From Macrostomum lignano (taxonomy: Eukaryota), in contig NIVC01000421.1 in NCBI GenBank assembly GCA_002269645.1, positions 248,001-312,000 of the forward strand: 64,000 nucleotides of DNA, read 5' to 3'. Positions 1 through 19,900 of this stretch are shown here, piece after piece. The position numbers and the translations under genes are program-made. The notes under the pieces are model-generated. The model was not told the DNA's origin, did not search any database, and saw only the letters and a program-made list of their open reading frames with translations. The stretch's first letter is position 1. Every line of letters begins with the position of its first letter.

Positions 1-1537
1 TGGGCTGAGGAAGCTGCACAGACCTGTGGGATTCGGGATGGCGCTGTGGGATTAAATATGAGGGATTTTGAAAGGCTTCAGATACAATGGGATTTGGGAA
101 GAAATAGGATTTTACAATGGGATTTTACAATGGGATTTGTGAAGAAATGGGATTTTACAATGGGATTTGGGAAGAAATGGGATTGTACAATGGAATTTGG
201 GAAGAAATGGGATTTTACAATGGGATTTGGGAAGAAATGGGATTTTACAATGGGATTTGGGAAGAAATGGGATTTTACAATGGGATTTGGGAAGAAATGG
301 GATTTTACAATGGGATTTGGGAAGAAATGGGATTTTACAATGGGATTTGGGAGAAATGGGATTGTACAATGGAATTTGGGAAGAAATGGGATTTTACAAT
401 GGGATTTGGGAAGAAATGGGATTGTACAATGGAATTTGGGAAGAAATGGGATTTTACAATGGGATTTGGGAAGAAATGGGATTTTACAATGGAATTTGGG
501 AAGAAATGGGATTTTACAATGGGATTTGGGAAGAAATGGGACTCTACAATGGGATTTGGGAAGAAAATGGGATTTGGGAAGAAATGGGATTTTACAATAG
601 GATTTGGGAAGAAATGGGATTTTATAATGGAATTTGGAAAGAAATGGGATTTTACTATGGAATTTGGGAAGAAATGGGATTTGGGAAGAAATGGGACTCT
701 ACAATGGGATTTGGGAAGAAATGGGACTTTACAATGGGATTTGGGAAGAAATGGGACTCTACAATGGGATTTGGGAAGAAATGGGACTTTACAATACAAT
801 GGAATTTGGGAAGAAATGGGATTTTACAATAGGATTTGGGAAGAAATGGGACTTTATAATGGGATTTGAGAAACGGGATTCGACATGGAAAGAGATTTTA
901 TTCTACAATGGGATTGAGGATGAGATGGGATTTTTACGGTGGGACGAGAAATGGGAAGAAATTATGGCTCTTCACCCAATAATACATGTACATGCAATAT
1001 TTGCGAGCACCCTGGAGCAAAGCCTTTGGCGACCTCGTCACACAACCAGCTAGCGGTGAGGCAGTTCTGCCCATTCCACAGACTCCTTAGCACATACAAG
1101 CGCCCCAATACTGTACGCAGGCACGAGCTCACACCGGGTGTAGTTTAATTTGGGAAGTAGAGACTTTAGGCTGAGCAGAGACGGAAACAGTGATGAAGCA
1201 TAGATCCAGTCTCACCCGTCAGGGCGGCATGGTTACTAGCGTCATCAGCCTCGGCAGCGGCATCGAGCAGGTCCCGCCTGACGGCATCCGGGTTGCACTC
1301 GGAAGCCAGGGCAGTCACGTCAACGTCGGGAAATTCTCGAGTCAGCTCCGAGAGCAGCTGAGATTGCACAGCCGCTTCAGCTGTCGCCGTTGCAGTCTCC
1401 GTCGCCGTAGACGAAGTGGTTGAATCTGGAAACACCTCAGAGGCGGCATTCTGCATAGCCAATAGTAGTTGACGAAGGTTCAACCAATCGGAATGAGGAT
1501 GAATTGAGGTTTCGTCCTGAGGCTTAGTGTCAGACAT
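1..1537 (-). CDS. Partial spliced gene of unknown function that runs off the left edge; possible CUE-like motif
   Basis: ATG at 1537 (MSDTKPQDETS...). Exon 1216-1537 ends at ACGG|GTGAGA. Putative exon 2 starts at 1110 (GTACAG|, phase 1, VLGRLYVLRSLWNG...) with its donor unresolved. A further acceptor CCCACAG| lies at 24. LLSELTREFPDVDV...RDLL resembles a CUE FP motif (inference). Confidence 0.45.
84..875. repeat. 30-nt minisatellite (GGGATTTTACAATGGGATTTGGGAAGAAAT)n in a probable intron
   Basis: Directly visible tandem units between the acceptor at 24 and the exon near 980-1110 of the left-edge gene. Confidence 0.95.
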
Positions 1538-1671
1538 TGTTGCGTTGAGATTGATACAGTTCTTCTTTGCATAAAATATTGTAAATGCAAAATAAATATT
1601 GAACATATTTAGGAATTACAAAGACAAATTACTGTTGCGCATTCTTTGGGACTTCTTAGAATGGTTTGGTT

Positions 1672-2432
1672 CGTATGTACATTTGGGTTGGGTTGGGTAT
1701 TATATGTACATAGGAGTAGAGATAGAATTGGCCTTAAGTGTATACATTGGGGTAGGGATAGGGTTGGCCTCGAGTGTACATCGGGGTAGGGATGGGGTTG
1801 GCCTCGACTGTACATTAGGTAGCGATGGATGAGTGTACATCGGGGTAGGGATAGGGCTTGCCTCGAGTGTACATTCGGGTAGCGATGGGGTGGATGTACA
1901 TCGGGGTAGGGATGGGGTTGGCCACAACTGTACATTAGGTAGCGATGGGTGAGTGTACATCGGGGTGAGGATAGGGCTTGCCTCGAGTGTACATTCAGGT
2001 AGCGATGGGGTGGGTGTACATTGGGGTAGGGATAGGGCTTGCCTCGAGTGTACATTCAGGTAGCGATGGGGTGGGTGTACATTGGGGTAGGGATAGGGCT
2101 TGCCTCGAGTGTACATTCAGGTAGCGATGGGTGAGTGTCCATCGAAGTAGGGATGAGGTTGGCCACAACTGTACATTAGGTAGCGATGGGTAAGTGTACA
2201 TCGGGGTAGGGATGGGGTTGGCCACAACTGTACATTAGGTAGCGATGGATGAGTGTACATCGGGGTAAGGATGGGGTTGGCCTCGACTGTACATTAGGTA
2301 GCGATGGATGAGTGTACATCGGGGTAAGGATGGGGTTGGCTTCGACTGTTCATTAGGTAGCGATGGATGAGTGTATATTGGGGTAGGGATAGGGCTTGCC
2401 TCGAGTGTACATTCGGGTAGCGATGGGGTGGG
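1672..2432. repeat. About 59-nt G-rich minisatellite (GTGTACATCGGGGTAGGGATGGGGTTGGCC...GGTAGCGATGG)
   Basis: Visible tandem units between the SNAPC4 3' end and the start of the left-edge gene. Confidence 0.9.
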
Positions 2433-3138
2433 TCTTGGGTCTTTTGGGCCTGTTTTATGACAAATAATTCAATCAGTAATAAAATTTACGATTGCTATAT
2501 TATATAAAAAATTATGACTGTGACTGCATCTCAGATTAATTTGTGCTTGTGATCAAACACACTGAATACAGATGGAGATTGTTAAAATGCCTTTATTATA
2601 TGGGAGAAACAATGCAAGGTAAAAAATAAATTTTTTTGAGAGGAAAACAGCGACGCCACGATAGAAAACAAATTACAACACGAACAAATATTATTAGCGC
2701 TGGTATAAACTACGCATTTAATAATATTACGCTAATAGTAAATAGAAAATTAACTTGCAATTTAATGAATTTGGACAGAAACTGTTAGTCTGCTATGCCT
2801 TATCTTAAAATTTACACTGTTGGAAGTCGCTAGGAAAAACTTGAAACCTCCTTACTAGAATGTACTTTTAGAAAACCCAATAGAAAACACTTGCAGCTTT
2901 TATCTAATATGTACTTTTCTAATAATTGGTAGATCGCAACCTTCTTTTAATTAAAATTTTCCATTTGAAGAAACCCAGAACATACTTGCAAGCACATTTA
3001 AATGAGAATGTACTTTTTAAGGTAATAAACAAGATTAAATATAAGTGTCTTGAGGCATGAAATACTTTGCAATGTCCCTGCCCCCAGTATACAAAGAATT
3101 GTTTTCAATATCCATTAAATTCACTTTAACAGTCAGAG

Positions 3139-11971
<8,833 letters not shown>

Positions 11972-13529
11972 CTGCAGTTATTTTTGATACATATTGGATC
12001 ATTTAGTTTCTAATTAGGGCATACAGAGACATTTTTCTGCCTATAAAACTACATTGACAATGTTTTGCTACACCAGAATAGAGCAATGCAGATACATAAC
12101 ATTTAAGAACATAAGCTAACTTTTTGACGCAAACCTTCTTAAACAAGAAACAAGTCACCAGACCCCCAGAGTGTCAACAATTCTACCAAAAGAACAGATT
12201 TTTTCTATAAGTGCTAGTGTATTTACAATGTATCCCTCTGTGCCAATTAGCAGTGTCTTAGTATAGCCTCAAGATACCCAACTGCAAAATTTTTTCTAAT
12301 ATCACTAAATAAGCATCAATGATTGGAAAACCTAAATTATTGGAAATATTTAGTTAGTCTCTTAAGCATTCATTCATCAGATGGCAGAATTATGGACATC
12401 CAAAAAAGATTTTATCATTAAACTCATATATACATAATAGTTTTATAACTATATAATAGAAGCTACTATATAATACTTAAATGCTAATATATAGAGATAG
12501 GACAAAAAGAAACAAAAAGTCTATTAGTCAAAAGCTAAGCAATAAATATTAGAAAATTTAAATAAATTGATATAAGGATAAAAATATTCATTTAAATTAA
12601 ATATACAATATATCTAGTCTATATATTTCTATAAAACAAGCCTATTAATACCATTTCTATTAGTATCAATATAATTATCATACAAATAGGAAGTCCAAAA
12701 AAAAATTTTATTAGGAACTCAAAATTTAATATAAATATTATTGTCAAGTAAAGTCCCAACTTATTAGACCTAATATTATAAGTGAGTGATCATTCAGTTT
12801 TCATAGTTAATGATGATAGCATAAAAAACATGTTGCCAATTATGAGATAGATAGGTCACTTTAAAAATTATAAATATAAGGTTTAAACTTTTAAATGTTG
12901 GCTTGTAAAACATTTTTTTTAGAACCAAATAAAATTCAAATCATAGGACATAGCTACAACCTGCAAGCTCAGATAAAAAGAAGAGAATGAATAAGCCTAA
13001 AGAGAAAGGGAAAATAAGTATTAAGAGATAATAAAAGAAAAAAATATGTAGAAAATAGGGGTTAGACAATATAATTTTTTTAGATTTATGCTTTTAAGGT
13101 AATTGAGATTTAAGATTAAGCCAAATTAGTATCTAGTAGGCCTATTCTGTCTATTTACACTATTCTATCTATCAATGCTAATATTAGGCCTATTATTTGT
13201 TAAGTATATATACCTATCTATAATGATAATAATAAAAAGAAAATCAACTTATATAATATTGAGCTTGTTGCTATGTTAATAACTTGGTATATATCAAATA
13301 TAAATAAAATAATATTGCAGTCACTAATAGTCATATAGTCATAACCATAAATCTTGACTTTTTAAGATCTTAAAACTGAGATCAATATTGAAAAAGTGCT
13401 TAAATCTTGACAATCAAGGTCAATATCTTGTTTGAACTTTAGTAAGAAAAGAGACATGGTCATAAGAGGATTTATAAATTATAATAAAAGAATAAGATCT
13501 AGGTTTTCTGCTGGCACTAAGATGCAAAA

Positions 13530-14784
13530 GGCTATAGGTCAAAAGACAATTGATCAAAAAGGTGATCCTAGTCAAAAGGGCAATAGTCACAAGGATGATA
13601 GTCAAAAGGGCAATAAGCATAGTTTATTTATTTAAATTATAAGTTCCATGCATTAGAAGCTTATATTGGTTAAAATTTACAAGTAGTAAATTGTTAAAAT
13701 TTATTTGTTATATTTGTTGAAGCATTTATTAAAATGTATAAGCAGTTAAAATGTATTAGACTTGTATTTGTTGTAATGTATTTGTTAAAATGTGGTTTAG
13801 TGAGGTCTATTTATTTTACTAACTGCCTTCAGTAGATCATCCACTGAGTATAAAGAGTAACTTTCTTTAATTTAGATGTAGCAAGCATTTAGCACTTGTA
13901 TAGTCTTATGACTATAAGCCTAATGAATGAAATAAATAAAATTGAACTGAACCATGTTTTAATGTACATTAATGAATAATGTATATATATATATATAATA
14001 TACAGAAGGGTACTAGTCATTTTGGTGACAAGTTGCTTTTGTGATAGACACACTTCATTTTTTATGAAAAATTAAAGACACAATAAGTATTGTCATTTTG
14101 GTGATAAGAGGCACTTTATAATGTTAGCTTGTAGTTATTTTGTTAAGATTTATGCTTTATACATATATATTTAATAATTTTTGTTGAAAGATTAATATAC
14201 TTAGAAAAACAAATAAAATTATAATTATGTTGTTTTTTCCTATACAGCTCGTTTTGTATTGTCCCAGAGTTTTCAGACACCTAAACCATAAACCTATATA
14301 GAGAATCGTCATGAAATGCCAACCACAAGAAAAGCAAAAATTGACGCTGGAACACATTTGGATTGAAAAACAATTCAAAAGACGCAACTCTTTAGTTGTA
14401 AATAAACAAAATTAAATAAAACAGAACTTAACCTTTTCAAATAATTAGGCCCCTATAAAACTTTAGGTTCAATATCCTTTAAGATTTTGCAAGCTAATTT
14501 TGTTTAAAAACAGAATGGCTATCACTTAAAAAGGTATTTTTCATGTCACCAAAATGACTTTTGCTTGTCACCGAAAGGACTGTCACTAAAATGTTGTCAC
14601 CGAAACAACTGTAATCCATACAGAATACCAACATATACAATTCTAATATATCAAACTATTGTAGGCCTATATTTTAACAAATACACATATAAGTACAAAT
14701 ACATTAAACAAATCATACAAGTCTAATACCCTGTTGCCCTTTTGATCTATCACCCTTTTAATATGTTGCCTTTTGACCACTTCC
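13530..14784. mobile_element. Non-autonomous TIR element (MITE, MULE-like), the outer of two nested insertions
   Basis: Ends GGCTATAGGTCAAAAG...CTTTTGACCACTTCC with subterminal GTCAAAAGGGCAA repeats in inverted orientation. Flanking GATGCAAAA duplication at 13521-13529 and 14786-14794. An uninterrupted paralogous site lies at about 14905-14985. Confidence 0.7.
14008..14617. mobile_element. MITE nested inside the 13530-14784 element
   Basis: Imperfect TIRs GGGTACTAGTCATTTTGGTGACA / TGTCACCGAAACAACTGTAATCC, subterminal GTCATTTTGGTGA repeats, and 8-bp TSD ATACAGAA at 14000-14007 and 14618-14625. Confidence 0.72.
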
Positions 14785-16554
14785 TGATGCAAAATTGCAT
14801 CCAAGACCATAAGGTCCAATTTCAGGATTTGATTTAGAAAGTCAGGATATTATAGGGCCTATAGCATTCTTATTGCATAAAAAATAAGCCTGGTTTTTTT
14901 TTGCTGGAGCCTGGTACTAAGATGCAAAATCACATCCAAGGTCTAATTTTAGAATGCGATTTTGAAAGTCAGGATGCTATAGCCATGAACTAATAATAGC
15001 ATCATAGCTATCATAGCTATCATAGCTAGCATCATAGCTATAGCATCAAGCATCATAGCTATGATGCTATAAACCTATAATTATAAAGAAAAAGATAAAA
15101 GGACAGACAAGAGTAAAGGAGATGAGATAAGAGGAGAGAGGAGAGCGAAGAGAAATGAGCTGAGAGGAGACAAAAACTTGAACCAGCAACCAGGCTGAAT
15201 TGCAAGGCCTATTGTTAAATTGTAAACTTTTAAATGATTCGAGGGTCGCAGCGGATAGAGATTTTGCGGGCTGGCTGCTGACCCGCTGGTGACTGGCGTT
15301 GGCGAGTGTTTTCAGCTTTCCAAAGCTCTTACCCCTTACCCATAGGCATAGCTTAATCTGACTGAAACTCAACCAAGAAGCGAGGCTTCTTTAGTACGTA
15401 AGTAGTAGAACAACCCCGGTTAAAACAGAACTGTTCTTAGAAACATGGCAGGTTAAGGGTCACTTAAGTTTTCTATAAAGTTTTAACAAATAGACTAAAG
15501 AAAACAACTTTCTTAGGTTTTAAAGTTAATTTTAACTGCAAGGTGTTTTTTCGAAAGTGCTATTAGTTGCATAAATATCATTTATAAGATTTTTTGAAGA
15601 CTGCGAAAAGTCTTAGGTACCGTTTTAGTTTTCCTCGCATTCCAAGAACAGGTTGACTGGTCTATAAACATTGTGTGGGATTTACCCTATTGATTCTTAC
15701 ACTGTGCTATTCAGTTAGCGGCTACTTTTGTATTGAACCAGTAAACACTAGTTACTTTTTTAAATTTAAAGGGTTTAGTTGTGTCTAATTGTATTTGAAG
15801 TAATTTCTACTTACCCAGCTATTTTTTACTTGATATATACGAGTATTATGCATGTATCAAACTCGAGACTAGAGAGCAGATGGCTCCGTCAAGACTTCAG
15901 ACTCAGAGCCTAGAAACAGAATATTTAGTGTAGTCATTTACTGTATGTTATAAAATTCCTGCCAAATTTCATCATTATGTTATGCTTCATAAAAAAATGT
16001 CATGTGATTTGACTATAGCTTAGTTTTTAGTTGATTTTTAAAATTATACCTAAATTTAGAAAGAAAAAAACTAAATTGGCAATATCACAATTTTCTGACC
16101 AAATAAGTAAACCATATATTTTTTGCTGGTTTAGTCCAATCAACCATTCTGGTTTCTTTTCAACAACATAAATAGTTTAAATTTATTTGTGTCACACCCA
16201 CTTCACATGGCATTAAATATTTTCTTTTGTATATTAGCCATGCTTTAAAACTTCTTAGACTTTTGGTTCCATTAAGATGGTTTGTGCATTAGGGCGTAAA
16301 TGATAAAATTTTTTAACTATTATACACTTTAAAACAAAAGCTCCATAAAAGATATGCTAAGGCCAAACAGATCCAAAATATGAGTACAAAAGGTTCCTAT
16401 GAAAAGACAGAGCTACTATTTAAAAAGTATTTAAAATGCACTGCATGTCATCCCTAGTCATCTAACAAATAAGGAAAATTCAAAGTTCAAATGAGGTTTC
16501 TAAATGAAAAATCAATTTGAATTAGTTTAAATTCAATGTGCTCAGACTTAGTTG

Positions 16555-18657
16555 TCAGATATTATACCAGTCGAGTTGAGTCATGTCGTATGACCACTGA
16601 TTGGTGCGCATTATGTCTCCAAGCAGTCGGCACAGGTGTCCATAGTCTGGCTCGTCCATGTAGCGCAGGTTCAAAGTGTAGTCAAGGAACTGCACCTGAA
16701 CGATTGTATTAGGAGCCTGTATTATTGTATTTAGCTGCACTCAGTCACTCGCTAACTCGCTCACTGAGCTTGATGACAAAATTGTTCATGAACTAGCTAT
16801 GCCCATTCTGCTGGCACCTGAGCATGCACAAGCACGCAGACACTTACGCTGAGCTGTTTACTGACTGAGCTACTCTGCTTACTCACCATCTGATGACAGA
16901 GATCTTTGCGCAGTTCAGCAGCCTTCTGTCCCGACGTGTAATCAGTTTTGACCTGTCTAACCGCTTCGTCCAAGCTCAGCCCCATCTCTTTGTACTTTAA
17001 GCCCTGCCAGGGTAGGTGACCCTTGATAAAGTAGATGAGTATGTAAGCCAAGGAGATGAGGTCATCTCGGCGTGACAAAGACAGCTTGTTGTGCGCGTTC
17101 AAACTGCAGTAGCGAGGCGTGCCGACCAAACTGCGCTCCTTCAGCATGGGGTTGTGCTGGCCATTCGGCATCCGATAGGTGATGGCCAGGCCAAAGTCGA
17201 TGATGTACAGCGTGTTGGACGTTTTACCAACGCCCATTAGGAAATTGTCTGGTTTGATGTCTCTGCCAAGGGAATGCAACACATATAATCAGATAGTTAG
17301 ACAACATTGGCAAGTAGGTAGATAGTTAGGTAGGTATAAGGCAGGGAGGTAAGTTAATTTGCAAATCGATATGTAGGTAAACAGGTGTCCCACACCAGAG
17401 CTAACGGCAATTCTGCCCATTCCGCGGACTTCTGAGCAGGCACACAAGCGCGCCAATACTGCACGCATGGGCATGCACGCACTCATACACTCGCTCACAC
17501 AGGGTGTACAACGGCACTGACTTTCTAATCGTCAGGCAGTCTCCAGGTAGGTAGGCACATGTAGGCAATCAGTTAGACAGACAGCTTGTTCTAAAGCTAG
17601 GCCTAATAAGAAGGGGGGCCGTAGCCCAGCGGTAGCGCAGCTGCTCTGGTGTGCCAGCGACCCAGGCTCGATTCCAAGCGCAGTCACATTAATTTGGGGC
17701 TGAATTGGAATCTCGGCTTGGCTCTGCTCGTGCAATTAACGGCCTTGAGAGCCAACCCCCCAAGGCGCAGTGAAGTGTACATGACTAACGATAAATAAAG
17801 TTAGGGCCGCTGTACACCCCTGTGCGAGTGTGTGCCTGCGTACGTATCCGCGCGCTTGTGTGCCTGCTCAGGGGAGTCGGCGGAATGGGCAGTAATGCCT
17901 CTTGCCGGTTGTGTGCCAATGTCGCTCAAAGTGCGCCAGGGTGCACACAACCCCCCTGCCTCTAATAAAAAATTGGCCTAATAAGATCTCTTAAGTATCG
18001 TTTAATCAGCACAGTACACGCTGTCTCACCTATGCAGGCACAGCTGCGAGTGTAGCGCTCTTAGTCGCACAATCATCTGCAGTCCCAGAATGCAGGCCGT
18101 TCTCAAGCAGAATCTGCCGCCGCAATAAGATTTGAGCTCTTCCAGATCCGGGCCGAGCAGATCCATCACCAGCAGGGTGTAGGTGTTCAGCTTAGTGTAG
18201 AAATGCACGGCCGGAATACCTGTGACACTGCGAAGTTTCAACAGGTAGCCCTTCTCTCTGGACAGAGTTCTCTCTTTGCCGTGACTGTGGGTCTCCCGCT
18301 TCACCGCCACCGACTGCGTCTCGCATTTGATGTCGACAGCTCTGTAGACGTCGCCAAAAGTTCCGGAGCCGAGTCGCTCAATAATTCGCCATCTGTCGTT
18401 GACCATCTCTTTGAGCATGCAGTTTTGCTGCTGATGCTGCTGCTGCTGATGCTGCTGTTGCATCTGCAGCTGCTGTTGCTGCTCATGGATATTGTCAACT
18501 GCGATCGACATTCCAACAGCTGCTGGGCTATTATTAGCCAAAATATTTTTGCCGCCGCCGCTATTAGAAGGAAGATTTGTTGCGTATCGATGTTGCTTCT
18601 GCTTTTGTTGGCTTTCAAAATTTCTTCTTTTGCCGGCGGCGCTTTTAGCGGAGCGCA
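16555..18657 (-). CDS. Casein kinase 1 family Ser/Thr kinase with a poly-Q N-terminus
   Basis: Exons 18030-18657 (first in-frame ATG at 18511; upstream acceptor at 18658), 16887-17262, probable microexon 16803-16817, and 16555-16695. Motifs: [74 protein letters not shown]. Confidence 0.9.
17612..17974 (+). mobile_element. tRNA-derived SINE in a CK1 intron, antisense to the host gene
   Basis: Pol III A-box TAGCCCAGCGGTAG (17622), B-box GGCTCGATTCC (17665), A-rich end TAATAAAAAATT, and an exact 12-bp direct repeat GGCCTAATAAGA at 17600-17611 and 17975-17986. Confidence 0.75.
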
Positions 18658-19096
18658 CTGGGAGTAGACTTATTTTCCCTATTTGAGCTGGGCTGACTTT
18701 TAATTCCCTAAATCTATGGTGGCAATAGAAAACTAATCTACAGTAAGCTTACAGATAACTTATTTTGGCAAGACTTTCTTGCTTCGTTTGGAATATAATA
18801 TAAGCTGAATTTTGCCTACTGCAGAAGCTGCTACTGCGTTAGTCAGTTGGACTCAACTTAAATAAAGTCTTTGCCAATTAGTCAGTGCGTTCAATGGGAA
18901 TCGCTTGCCTAGGGGAAAAACTTAGTATGATATTATATTATGCTTTTGTCTATGGCCGAATGGTGCGAATGTCTCACACAGCATATGGAAACATCTTTCT
19001 TCATCTTGATATTTTAAATTAATTTGCATTTCAAAAGTAAAAGTACATGAGAATATTCTAGAACTATATTACAGTATATATTTTGTAACTAATGAA

Positions 19097-19808
<712 letters not shown>

Positions 19809-19900
19809 CTGCCTCCCTGTCACCTATCAATACTTCACCCTATATTCCCACTAAAAGCCGATTTGCAGACCCCAGCACCGCAGCCAGCACACCAACTCGC

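Noticed and set aside
15330-15360. ATGCCTATGG|GTAAGG as the missing first exon of SNAPC4
   Set aside because: The donor is phase 1 whereas the 11971 acceptor is phase 0, and I found no bridging exon. Left unresolved.
16696-16802. Stop-codon read-through or selenocysteine at the TAG after VPAEWA in the CK1 gene
   Set aside because: A second in-frame stop follows, and the 107-nt gap is not a multiple of three, so read-through cannot rejoin the kinase frame.
17612-17690. Functional tRNA gene
   Set aside because: A and B boxes are present, but the acceptor, anticodon and T stems pair poorly. The sequence continues into a body flanked by a TSD, which fits a SINE head.
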